Positions 51,234 to 62,944 of a stretch of DNA of 64,000 bases are shown piece after piece. The notes below the pieces were generated by a model. That model was not told the origin of the DNA. It was given only the letters and a program-made list of their open reading frames with translations, and did not search any database. This DNA is from Eledone cirrhosa (lineage: Eukaryota). The position numbers and the translations under genes are program-made. Each line of letters opens with the position of its first letter. The stretch's first letter is position 1. The stretch spans positions 213,404,001 to 213,468,000 of the forward strand of contig OZ024742.1 in assembly GCA_964016885.1 (NCBI GenBank), read 5' to 3'.

Positions 51234-52090
51234 TCACGTCGGACGGTCTGTACCTTGATCGCTCATGAAATCCACCCAGCTTATGCTGACCGGATAACCA
51301 TGTTGCTTGTTTAATTTCCTATCTTCGGTTTGCCCTTATCCCTCTATGTTGTTTACTTGTCTCACTCGCTTTACGCGATTTACTTGTCCCAATAGCTTTT
51401 TTTAGTTATTGCTCGCACCAACCTGAGGTATATGATTTTTAATGCGATGAAATACCAATGATGGTTGGCAAATCACTGACGAGGGACTAATTTTTTCATA
51501 TGAAACCCATGTGCAACCACGCAGTATTCTTCTTTCTTCTCATGTTTTTTATACATATTTACCTCGGCTGCGTTTGTCTGTTTCTCTCTTACTGCTTCCC
51601 CGTTCTCTCTGTTTCTCTCACCTTCTTTCGCCCCCTCTGTCAGTAACACTTTCTCTCGACTGACCTCTTCCTTGCATTTCCACTCACTCACTCTCTGTTT
51701 AATCCCCTTCTCACTTCCTCCCGTTTGGCTAGTAGTGGGGTCTTTTCTTGCTCACATCTCACTCACGTCGGGCGGTCTGTATCTTGATCGCTCATGAAAT
51801 CCACCCAGTTTATGCTGACCGGATAACCATGTTGCTTGTTTATTTTCCTATATTCGGTTTGCCCTTATCCTTCTATGTTGTTTACTTGTCTCACTCGCTT
51901 TACGCGATTTACTTGTCCCAATAGCTTATTTTAGTTATTGCTCGCACCAACCTGAGGTATATGATTTTTAATGCGATGAAATATCAATGATGGTTGGCAA
52001 ATCACTGACGAGGGACTAATTTTTTCATATGTAACCCATGTGCAACCACGCAGTATTCTTCTTTCTTCTCATGTTTTTTGTTTTTTATAC
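51230..52090 (+). repeat. About 325-bp direct repeat (about 530-bp period) between (TA)n tracts; PLE pLTR/retrozyme-like
   Basis: 51230-51555 is nearly identical to 51760-52085; contains CTGACGA...GAAA. Confidence 0.85.
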
Positions 52091-52110
52091 ATATATATAT
52101 ATATATATAT

Positions 52111-52260
52111 AGGAACGAGTAGGACCCCGACGGCTGAGCTCAAGCTGTTTCGACGGCTAATTCTGGACTAAAAGTCGTTCCTATTACTCACTCTACTACC
52201 CTAAGTATTGAGTACTTTGGTGCGTTATGGCCCACCTGGTTCCTTACCACATTTCCTTCG

Positions 52261-52262
<2 letters not shown>
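52111..52262. mobile_element. 152-bp mini derivative of PLE P2 made of both termini
   Basis: Left part matches 37166-37228; right part matches 43135-43220; (TA)n on both sides. Confidence 0.85.
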
Positions 52263-52292
<30 letters not shown>

Positions 52293-52296
<4 letters not shown>

Positions 52297-52548
52297 CGTT
52301 TTTGAATTTGTTTTGCGAGATTTTCTTATCTGAAAACGTGTGTTGAAACAGATATTGTTAAACTTTGGGAGGATCATGTTGCCAATAATGCTGCCAGAAT
52401 GCGTTACGAAAGAGCTTTGACAATATATAAACAACCATCCGGTTATCGAACCAACTAACCACCCGGAAACTTATAATAAATTGAAGTGAAAATCAACAGG
52501 TGCGTGTGTTTTTATTGGCAGCATGACCCTCCCAAAGTATAACAATAT
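52293..52548. mobile_element. Family A inverted mini-insertion
   Basis: Antisense long end (52293-52388) joined to a sense copy starting inside the hammerhead (cgttacgaaagagctttgac). Confidence 0.75.
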
Positions 52549-52759
52549 ATATATATACATATATATATAACAAAAATTTGGATTTGATTTCTCGCTCTTA
52601 CATAGCTGGATACATTAGGGCAATAACCCTAAAACAACGTAGCCGATTGTTTCTCCATGCCACTGCTAGAACAAAAGGATAACGACGGTCATCTAAAAAA
52701 CATACCGTTATGAGGCTGTTTGCTTGCAAACGAATCGAATACTATTATTATTATTCGAT

Positions 52760-52950
52760 ACGGCGGGGGATTGGCAGTATCGGTGGAGAGTCGGACGCCA
52801 TGCTTTCCAGCATAGTTACGTCTCTTTACGGTCTGAGTTCAAATCCCGCCGAGGTTAACTTTACCTTTCATCCTTACGGGGTCGATAAAATAAAGTACCA
52901 GTAATGTACTGGGTAATTGATGGCCTTGTGCCGAAAGTAGAAACAATTAT
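52760..52950 (+). mobile_element. SINE (Nin/Deu-like) with probable TSD
   Basis: Family consensus; TTATTATTATTCGATAC occurs on both sides (about 52745-52761 and 52947-52963). Confidence 0.8.
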
Positions 52951-53572
52951 TATTATTCGATACCCCCCAACCACACACACACGCACACACACACATATAC
53001 ACACGCAACACACACATATATATATATATAGTTAACAGAGTTTTGTAGCTCGCTTAAAGCATTGTTGAATAGGAAACGCAAATTTAAATTTTTAAAACCG
53101 AACAATGCGTTAGAATGAACATTAAATCGCCAAGATAATAAAAGAATCTTACCTCAGCAAATTTAATGGTCCTAAATATTTTCGAGTTTAAAAAACCATT
53201 ATCAAGGGAATAACCCTATGAGAGAATGAAAAAAATCTATCGGATTGACTTGGTTGTTTGGAGAGCAGATTTAAGTTAAATGAAATGAAAAAAAAAAAAA
53301 AAAAAAAAATTCGAACGTGTGCGTTGTGAAATTTATGATAAATACATGTGTGCGTGAATGTAAGTGTGCTTAGTGGGATGTTTGTATGTGTGTGCATGAA
53401 TGTAAGTTTATGTAGTGAAAGGTGTGTGCGAATATGTATATAATAAAACGGGAAAAATATGTGTGCGATACATGTATGTGTGTGAGTCTAAGTGTGTTTT
53501 GCCTAGTGAAGATATAGATTTAATTTGAAAGAAAGAATGGAACTGGTCGCTGGGATGTTGGAATACAGGCTT

Positions 53573-54935
53573 TTAAATTAGCCATTCTGGTGCACTTCTT
53601 TCCATTCGATTATTGATCTTAGTTATTAATTGCTTGATTAAGAGGTTTTCCTTAATTCTCAGCGTGCCTATACTTCGTTCGGTAGCTAAGATTGTGGTGG
53701 TAATGTTGACCTGGTTTCCATATTTGATGATGTGTTTGTGGAAGGAAGAGGAGTTGGTGTTAACATGCTCTTTAATACGGAGATGTAACGGTCGAATAGT
53801 GCTGCCTATGTAAAATAGATTGTACTTGTTACATTCTGGCATGTATACTACGTAGGTACGTAGGCAACAATTAGTGTTGCGTATAGGGCAGTTGGCTAGG
53901 GTGCATCCCTTATCCTCATTGGAGGGTTTACTTGTGGAGAGGCATCTTCGCAGGGAAGATCCAGAGTGAGCTAGTTTGATATTGAGGCTCTCTCTTCTGG
54001 TTGATTTGCGTTTGGCGTTGGTGGTTTCTTCGCTGAGATGTGGGATCTTGAAGAAGCAACTGTTGTTTGGGTTGGTCCGATCTCTGGGTCTGGGGTTTCG
54101 TCGTGGAGTGGAGAAGGTAGCTGGGTAGCCGTTAATCTCTAGTACCTTGTGGAATTGTCTGATATGGGTGGCTCTGTTAGCAGTGTTGCTGCATCGGTTG
54201 CGTTTGCGAGCCATTTTGTTGAAGATATACCCTCTTTTAGAGCTGTTGAGGACAGATTTGTAATGAACAAACAGGACTCTGCTGGTGACTTTGCGGTAGA
54301 AATCGGTGTGGATTTCACCGCTATCAGAGATGTTCAGTCTGAAATCAAGTAGAGCGAAAAACCCGGAGTCGGTGGGATGTTTGATGCTGAACTTGATGTT
54401 GTCAGCATTGTTGAAAGATTCGAATATCTTGTTTGCATTCTCCTTGGTGGATGTAAGGATGGGTATATCATCCACATATCTAGTGAAGTGTCGCAGGAGC
54501 TGAGTACTCGGCGTTCAGGCCTGTTCATATATGAAATGGCCAGTAAACCCGAGAGGCTGGATCCTATGGGTAGTCCAGAGGTCTGTCCATGGGTAGTCCA
54601 GAGGTCTGTCCCAGGAAGTTGAAAGAGGCGTTGTTTACAATGATGGATAGGAGCTGGAGGTTGTCGGTGGTGATGAGGCCGAAACCATCCATGTCGCTGA
54701 AAGCGACACATTCAGTGAGTATGTCTACTGCCGGGAGTGTAGGTACCGATGTGTAGAGGGAAACTACACCTAGGCTAAAGGCGTACCTGATGGATTTGAG
54801 GGTGTCAAGTTCTAATTGGTTGAGTCGCTGGATGACAACATCCAAGCTGTAGACGTGGCCCGGGAAGGTTGTCAAAAGGGGCTTTAAAATCTTGGACAGA
54901 AGCCAAGAGATTATTTTGTCACGCTCTCTCAAAAT
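53573..54935 (-). pseudogene. Penelope-like element P4 RT-GIY-YIG fragment
   Basis: FSLGVVSLYTSVP, QTSGLPIGSSLSGLLA, MDDI, LLDF, CTLANCPI...C..YVVY...FYIGSTIRPLH.R..EH; frameshifted. Confidence 0.85.
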
Positions 54936-54939
54936 ATTA

Positions 54940-55520
54940 CCCCTCTCTCACTGAAACATCATACCTTTCTCACCCTCTCTATATACTACTACATGCCTCA
55001 CTCTCTCTTACTAAACCACCAAACTGTCTGTCACTCTCTATATCCCACTACATACCTCACTCTCTCACAATTTCCCTCTCACACTAGATCACCAAATCTA
55101 TTCCCTCTCTATATACCAACACATATCTCACGCTGTTTCACTCTCGTAATTCCCACTTTCTCATAAGCCCACCAAACTCTCTCCCCTTACTATATCCCAC
55201 TACATGCGTCACTCTCTATCGCTTTCACAATTACGCTTCTCTCACTATACCACAAAACTCTCTACCCCTTTCTATATCCTACTACATACCTCACACTCAC
55301 AATTCACCCTCTTTTAATAAACCACCAAACTTTATCCCGCTCTCTATATCCCGCTAGATCCTCACTCTCTCTCATAATTCCTCCTCTCTCACTAGACCAC
55401 CAATCAATCTCCCCCTCTCTATATCCCCTCTTTATATCCCACTACATACCTTACTCTCTCTCACAATTCACCCTCTCTCATTAGACCACCAAATCCTCTC
55501 TCCTTCTCTATATCCTACTA
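54940..55520. repeat. Degenerate minisatellite, about 65-70-bp unit, about 8 copies
   Basis: Recurring tatatcccactacatacctcactctctcacaatt...ccaccaaa motif. Confidence 0.75.
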
Positions 55521-55884
55521 CAATATGTTTTACTTTGAAACAACAAATGTTTTTATCTTCCGTAAAGAACGATAAAGTTCTCCACCCTCTCCCACCTTTT
55601 GAGCCTCTGGGGTGTGGCAGAGATCTTTTTTTTTGTGTTCTTTTGTGGAATTATTTGACAGGAATTTAAAATATGTGGTGGTGGAGGGTGGTGGTGTGAT
55701 GGTGTTGGTAGTAGTTTGGTGGTGGTGTTAGTGGTTGTGTAGTGGGTGGTAGTGGTGGTGGTAGTGGTGGTAGTGTGGTGTTTGTTTATTTTGAATGTAT
55801 CTATCTATAATCAGCTCCTGATTATTACTGGAATTCTATAAGAATCCAGCTTCTATAATTTTCGGTGGAAGCAGGGGAGTGCGT

Positions 55885-55926
55885 GGTTCTGATGAACGCC
55901 AACCAGCGCGAAACAGACTGTCAGCT
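55885..55926 (+). ncRNA. Type-I hammerhead ribozyme motif
   Basis: ggtt-CTGATGA-acgc(caacca)gcgc-GAAA-cagactg-TC-agct. Confidence 0.65.
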
Positions 55927-56050
55927 TCCCCCATTTCTTTCGCCGAAAAGAAGTAAGTGACATAGTCACTACTTTATAACTGATAGCGTATGGTCTTCTA
56001 AATGTTTTTAATTAAACATACGGTATATTGCCAAATATACTATACATACA

Positions 56051-56099
<49 letters not shown>

Positions 56100-56312
56100 T
56101 AACAAATTATCGTTATAGGTAATCCAGTTAGAGGTTGTGAGTACTCAGTATTGTTGATAGTTTTAACATACGGCGTTGTTTGACTCAACAAGAGGTTTCC
56201 TTAGTTAGGTAGCGAGTTCACAGGAATTCCTATGCAGGTTAATCTTGGAGTAATAATAGTGGAAGAGTGAAGAATAACAAGATCAACAGTACAAAAAGGG
56301 TTTTATTTACAG

Positions 56313-56417
56313 TATTAACAATTGTTTCATTGATTACTGTGTCTAAAAATTGCTAATCACTTGAAGTTGTGTCACTCAATTTTAAATACATGCATGCCTA
56401 ATCAAATCATCGGAATA
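56313..56417 (-). ncRNA. Variant hammerhead (CCGATGA core, extended stem II) in P5 3' end
   Basis: Minus strand tatt-CCGATGA-tttgatta-(62 nt)-taatcaat-GAAA-CAATTG-TT-aata. Confidence 0.6.
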
Positions 56418-56984
56418 ACTGATTAAAATTATACACGGCATGTGTAATATACTAGGAAAATTCAAATCACAACATCAATAATAAAGAAAGAAAAAGAAAA
56501 AAGAAAAAAGAAAAAAGAAAAAGAGAGGGAGAAAAAGAAAAAAAGAAAATATAACAAATAAATAATAAATAATAATAAATAAGTTAGAATGAAGAAGGTA
56601 AAAAATAAGTAATATATATGTGTGAAAAAAATGAACATAATATGATTGTTGAAAATAGTTGTGGTGGTGGTTAAAGTTATAGTGGTGTGTAAGTATAAAG
56701 ATGTGATGGTATAAATATGAAAATATTAAATATATACATTCGTATTGGTTAAATTACAGAGGGTTATATTAGGAAGAAATGATGCAGTGATAAATAAAGG
56801 ATAAATTAATAAATTGGAAATTATGTGAGAGGTGAAGAGAACATGATAGGATATAATGGTAGAGGTGAAATAGTTTTAGGGAAAGAGAGTGAAATAAAGG
56901 TTAGGAGGTTATGATGTTGATTTAGTGATTAGTTGGTCTATTGACAGTTAATAATAGTGGATTATTATTATAGACTCTAAGTCA

Positions 56985-57200
56985 GGGCGGTGGATTGGCC
57001 GTATCGGTAGAGGGTCGGACGCCATGCTTTGCCGCATAGAGTTACGGCCCTTTATGATCTGAGTTCAAATCCCGCCGAGGTTAACTTTGCCTTTCATCCT
57101 TAGGGGGTCGATAAAATAAAATACCAGTCACGCACTGGGGTCAATTTCATCGACCCCCCCCCCCCAAATTGCTGGCCTTGTGCCTAAATAAGAAACCATT
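56985..57200 (+). mobile_element. SINE (Nin/Deu-like), full length
   Basis: Family consensus; attattatagactctaagt-like duplication on both sides. Confidence 0.82.
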
Positions 57201-57796
57201 ATTATAGAATCTAAGTGGTTTAGTTTGAATTATGGGATTGTTGGATCGAATCATGCTGGTTTGAAATTTACGAATTGAGTAGCCTACAGAAAATTGATCG
57301 TTCTATTTTGCTGTTAAGCAGCATTTTGTCATACTTTAAAATATGGAACAACTCCATATTGCAAAGTCCGCAGTGGGACATTCCATTAAATAGGCTTTTG
57401 CTCCCGATAATTTCGACCAGCTAATCCTGTATTCTTGGTTTGTATCCTTAAGCTGCCAGATTTTATTGGCGAGCGTTGTTGTGTTCACTACTCTACGGTT
57501 TTTTTATAGAATGTCTGCGAACGTACCATCTTTTTTTGAACTCTCCAGCCGTAGAACCTATGTAGTGCCATGCTAAGTTGCTCGAATATATAGTACACAG
57601 GTACACTATATTTGACTCCAGGCATCTATTTTGTAGTGGGCACTTATCCGGTAACTGACAGTTACATTTGGAGGCCTTCCTTGAGTGACACAACTTCAAG
57701 TGATTAGCATTTTAAGACACCCTAATCAATGAAACAATTGTTAATACTGTAGATAAAACACTTTCTGTACTGTTGACCATGTTATTCTTCACTCTT

Positions 57797-57833
<37 letters not shown>

Positions 57834-57834
57834 A

Positions 57835-57978
57835 AGAATATTTTCGAAACACCGAGTGGGTTTGAAATTATTAGAAATGTAAGCTATCGCCGTATTTTGA
57901 CTTAACCCCACTATCAGGCTAAATAATTTCTTTAATTTCTTTAGTCAAAATACGGCGATAGCTTACATTTCTAATAAT
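57835..57978. repeat. Small fold-back insert in (TA)n
   Basis: Arms about 57868-57903 / 57942-57978. Confidence 0.8.
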
Positions 57979-57994
57979 ATATATATATATATAT

Positions 57995-58423
57995 ATTTCG
58001 TTTCTGAATTTGTTTAGCAAGATTCTTTATCTGAAAAAGTGTGTTGAAAATCGATATTGTTATACTTTGGGAGGGTCATGTTGCCAATAAGAAACACACG
58101 CACCAGTTGCTTTCACTCCAATTTATTATAAATTAAATTATAAATTTAAAAATTCATAAATTTCCGGGTGGTTGGTTCCACAACCAGACGGTTGTTCTTA
58201 TATTGTCAAAGTTCTTTCGTCACACATTCAGTCACTGAAGAGGTCACACAACGTGTGACGAAAAAGACTTTGACAATATATGAACAACCGTCCGGTTGTG
58301 GAACCAACCAACCGGAAATTTATAAATTTTTAAATTTATAATAAATTGGAGTGAAAGCAACTGGTGCGTGTGTTTCTTATTGGCAACATGCGTGTGTTTC
58401 TTATTGGCATACTCCCAAAGTAT

Positions 58424-58430
<7 letters not shown>
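57995..58430. mobile_element. Family A inverted mini-insertion with hammerhead at the junction
   Basis: Antisense long arm 57995-58229; sense short arm 58230-58430 starts gtca-CTGAAGA-g-gtcacac(aac)gtgtgac-GAAA-aagac-TT-tgac (58231-58274). Confidence 0.8.
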
Positions 58431-58506
<76 letters not shown>

Positions 58507-58508
<2 letters not shown>

Positions 58509-59595
58509 TTGCTTGGTTGCTTGTCTGTAATGTAATACAGCCAAAAAGGCGCATAATGGGAAGATACTTTGAAAGGAAGTTGCCCCTGAAATGGGAATTT
58601 AAATGGAATAAAAACAAGTCTCGCGTAAATCGAACCGCGGGTTCCCGAGATATGGGGGGCTTCCGGGTACCTTCATAAACAAAGAGAGAGAAAGAGAGAG
58701 AAAAAGAGATAGTGGTTGTGACAGAGTAGATTAAAGAGAGACAGAGAGAGAGGGAGAGGAGACAGAGAATGAAAATGGAAGAGGGCTGGTGGTGTTGTTG
58801 TGTAATATATACGTGTGTTTGTGTGTCTATGACGAGTGTATATAGATCACAGACACCCATATATATATATATATATATATATATACAAACACATACATAT
58901 ATACACACACTCATTTATATATATACATACACACACGTATATATATGGGTCTTCCAGTTTCATTTCACATTATATACATGTCTTTGTATATTTTAATTAT
59001 TTAAGAATTATTTTTAAGTGAACATGATTTTTTAAAAATATTTTAAAGTGAACTTGATCCAACGGGGGTGGTCGAGTATAGTACTAAAACATTGTCATTG
59101 TGTGCTTGTCTGTTATTTAATACAACCAAAAGGGTGCATAATGAGAACATACTTTGAAAGGAATTTGCCGCTGAAATGAGAATACAAATTGAATAAAACA
59201 AGTTTCGCGTAAATCCGAGCACAGGTGCTCGAGATGCAGGGATTTTCCGGGTACCTTCATTAATAGAGAGAGAGAAAGATAGAGAGAAAGAGATAGTGGT
59301 TGTGAGAGAGTAGATTGAAAGAGAGACATAGAGAGAGAATGAGACAGAGAAAGAAAATGGGAGAGAGAGAAGACAGTGAAGGAAATTGGAAGAGAGAGAG
59401 AGAGTGAGAGAGAGAGAGAGCTGATGGTGTTGTTGAATGAAATACACACACACACAGATATATATATATCAAATTTCATTTTTCATTAATACATGTCTAT
59501 GTATTTTGATTATTTAAAAACTATTTTTAAGTGAACATGATTTAAAAACAAATATTTTGAAGTAAACGTGACCCAACGGGTCACAGGTGGTCTAG
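58507..59595 (+). mobile_element. Two tandem non-autonomous Helitron-like units
   Basis: About 58507-59076 is similar to about 59100-59595; unit 2 ends with hairpin GTGACCC-aac-GGGTCAC, 7 nt, then CTAG|T. Confidence 0.6.
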
Positions 59596-59780
59596 TATAT
59601 ATATAAATCACAACCACGCCAGCAAGCGTACATACATATATACATACATGCATGCATACATGCATGCATACATACATACATACATACATACATACATACA
59701 TGCATACATACATACATACATACATACATACATACATACATACATACATACATACATACATACATACATACATACATACA

Positions 59781-60146
59781 TGGTGGTTGCTAACTCATTT
59801 ACGAGTTCGGCCACTACTTTATATCCATATAGGAGAACCCCTACCGATGCGCTGAATGAGTGTGACTCTTTAGTCCAGCTAGCGACTTGAAAACTCTGGT
59901 ACAAACACTACACTTGTGACAATTACTGACACATAGTGCTGGGCCCATGGTACCATGTGATGACAAGTGCAGAGAGATCTCCAGATATAAAGCAATGCTT
60001 GTGCCGTGAAGCTTTTATAGTGAGCAAAGGCACTGCACAAAGCCAGTCCCACTCTCTTAACCAAGATGATATTTACCAAAAAGAAGAACAAGTCAACATC
60101 TTTGGATACTATCAGGGTTGCAGGTATTATATCAGAGTTTTCCTTC
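59781..60146 (-). mobile_element. RTE-like LINE 3' fragment with C2H2 finger, embedded in (TACA)n
   Basis: Minus strand CSVCTRVFKSLAGLKSHTHSAHR* (about 59841-59912), short stem-loop 3' UTR, (TGTA)n on both sides. Confidence 0.65.
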
Positions 60147-60272
60147 ATACATACATACATACATACATACATACATACATACATACATACATACATACAT
60201 ACATACATACATGATGATGGCTGCCCCCTCGTTATCGAGTATGGCCATTGCACGAGAAGAAAAAAAAAAAAA

Positions 60273-60311
<39 letters not shown>

Positions 60312-60426
60312 AAACAAATTAAAAAAAGAAATATATATATATATACATACATACATATATACATACACACATACATACACATACACACACACATATACAC
60401 ACACACACACATACATTAATAACAAC

Positions 60427-60463
<37 letters not shown>

Positions 60464-60849
60464 GCAATAATAATAATAACGACAACAATAATAATATACA
60501 TATTCATATATATATACACACGCACGCACATAAGCATATCTACATACACACACACACACACACGATAACAACTAACATACATACATACATATATACATAC
60601 ATACATATGTGTGTATGTAGTTTTCATGTTTATTTAGTGTGGTGTTTATGTGAAATTATGATTTATAATTTAGGAGGATCTTTCTGCCAATAGAATTACA
60701 CAGATGGGTTGTGGTTTGTTTCTTTATTGTTATTGATTCAGCTACTTATCTAATTGATAAGTAGCTGAATCAATATGCATATAATTAAAGACTGTGTTTT
60801 TATTTAATCAGACATAATACGCCAGCTGGTGCGTTTGGCTACTAGCCCA

Positions 60850-61120
60850 AACTTTGGTGCTCGCCAGGCTGAAGAGGGTAAACTAAGCATAAGCCACTCG
60901 CTGATAGATTTGTGGTCGAGCCTGTGATAGTGGAGACATCCGGCGTTCTTGGCCCCCGGACCACATTCCTACTCATTGCTACCGGGGAGGAGGTGGCTAC
61001 CAGCAAGTGCGAATCCTGCTAGGTGGAGTGATTGTTCTAATGCGTCTCCCTCACCATCCTCCTGGGTGATGTCTTCTCCTTCCTGTCGACCAGGACCACG
61101 AGGCGGATTGACTCTTGAAC
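60850..61120 (+). mobile_element. CRE-like RLE retrotransposon, 3' remnant
   Basis: KHKPLADRFVVEPVIVETSGVLGPRTTFLL...VSLTILLGD, with stops. Confidence 0.65.
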
Positions 61121-61178
61121 AGTGTGGGGGTATATACAGATATCATACATAGAAAGAAAGAAAGAGAGAGGGGGAGTG

Positions 61179-61226
<48 letters not shown>

Positions 61227-61779
61227 TAGTAAGTACACTAGTTCATTGTGCAATTCTTTCCGTACATATAACCATTGAAACCCTCGTCGTCGAAACTGAG
61301 GAGTTTTATTTACATCCACGTACTCTCAGATCTTGAATAATGCCCCCCCCCCCCCCTCACCCGCCCGCTTTTATTCCAATCACACCTCACTTATTAGATT
61401 TTGCTATTCTATGTCCGGTGAAATTTTACTGTGAGTGATTCACATTGATACAGCAGCTGGCGAATCTTAATATAGTTTTATTTTACATTAAAAAACATTA
61501 TATATGACAAAAAATAACATTACAAGAAATCCCATATTTACGAACGTAAATTATACAATTGCCGACCCCCGTTTATCCCGCCTCTGCTTATAAGAATTTA
61601 AGCAAATACCCCCCCCCCCCCTCCTATTATTTGGGACTCGAGAGTACTTATATTTTTCACTCTTATTGTTGTTGGTTGAGATGGTATTGGTGTTTCTCTT
61701 GTTAATTTGTCGTTCATATTGTCTTATACTCTGTGTAGTAGACCTTCATCTACTATTATCATTATCATTGTATCATTTT

Positions 61780-62103
61780 GTGAAGGCGCATGGGTTAGTG
61801 GTTAGATTGTCGGGCTTACAATCATGAGGTTGTGAGTTCGATTTTAGTGGTGTGCTTTGCGTTGCGTTCTTGAGCAAGACACTTTATTTCACGTTGCTCC
61901 AGTTCACTCAGCTGTAGAAACGAGTTGCGACGTCACTGGTGTCAAGCTGTATCAGTGATTGCCTTTCCATTTGATAATATCAGTGGAGAGAGGAGACAAG
62001 TATGCATGTGTGACTGCTGGTTTTCCACAAACAACCTTGCCCGGACTTGGGGAACTTTCTAGATGCAAATTCCATGGACATTCGTGACCGAAGGTGGTCT
62101 TTA
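61780..62103 (+). mobile_element. CORE-like tRNA-derived SINE
   Basis: A box GGTTAGTGG, B box GAGTTCGATT, TTGAGCAAGACACTT; fragments also at about 1557-1600 and 21631. Confidence 0.7.
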
Positions 62104-62427
62104 TCTTTACCTGTATCATTTTAGTGGTAATAGATGCTATTAATGATTGTTTTTGTAAGGGTGTGTTTGTTTTTAGAGTTGTTGTTATTCATCCATTTTT
62201 TTCTCTTGAGAAGAGTTTGTATTTGGATTCTTTCTCGTCTATGAATATTGAATGAGCATCAAATCATGTAAATGGTTGCTTAAGAAATAAATCTATTGTT
62301 TGGTTTATGTACGGAGCGATGATATAGTAGAGATGTTGGTATCTATACTATTCATCTCAATAACACTTCGACCACACCCAGTTATAGATATCTCTCCCCA
62401 ATAAAATATTACCTATACTATAAAGAT

Positions 62428-62615
62428 AATTGTTTCTACTTTTGGCACAAGGCCAGCAATTAACCAGTGCATTACTGGTACTTTATTTTATCGACCCCGT
62501 AAGGATGAAAGGCAAAGTTAACCTCGGCGGGATTTGAACTCAGAATGGCAAGGGCCGTAACTATGCGTCAAAGCATGGCGTCCGACTGTCTACCGATACT
62601 GCCAATCCCCCCTAA
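62428..62615 (-). mobile_element. SINE (Nin/Deu-like)
   Basis: Family consensus antisense; TAAAGATAAT on both sides (possible TSD). Confidence 0.8.
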
Positions 62616-62944
62616 AGATAATAGAAGGTGATGGTTAACTACACAGGATGCTAGATTAACTTGCTACCTACCCAATAAACAACAGAAGTATCAACTCATT
62701 ATCAGCTACATCAACAAAAGTATCTAGAAGAATAGCAACAAAAACAACAAAAGCAGCAAATGTATGTGTGTACAAAAAGAAAAACACACACACATGTACG
62801 CTAACACCATGACCTCAGCCTCAACTACAACAATACACATCCTCTGAGCCCGGATGAACCAGCAGTACTGTCAGTAGGGTCGAAATTGTGTAAGTCCATT
62901 TCGACAGCTGATGACTAAGGATTTATCTTATATAAATATATATA

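Larger units (their letters stand above)
56097..57803 (-). mobile_element. Truncated Penelope-like element P5 (GIY-YIG fragment, 3' UTR, inverted pLTR piece)
   Basis: CNCQLPDKCPLQNRCLESNIVY...YIGST at about 57500-57670; IR about 56257-56380 / 57681-57803; (TA)n at both ends; SINE inserted at 56985-57200. Confidence 0.8.

Noticed and set aside
54940-55520. CRISPR-like periodicity
   Set aside because: Whole units are degenerate copies with no unique spacers; eukaryotic context, no cas genes.
60940-61030. HDV/CPEB3-like GCGAATCCTGCT string
   Set aside because: Lies inside a CRE-like coding remnant, and the nested pseudoknot cannot be formed.
61780-61850. tRNA gene (also at about 21635-21705)
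   Set aside because: A and B boxes are present but there is no cloverleaf, and the sequence continues into a SINE body.
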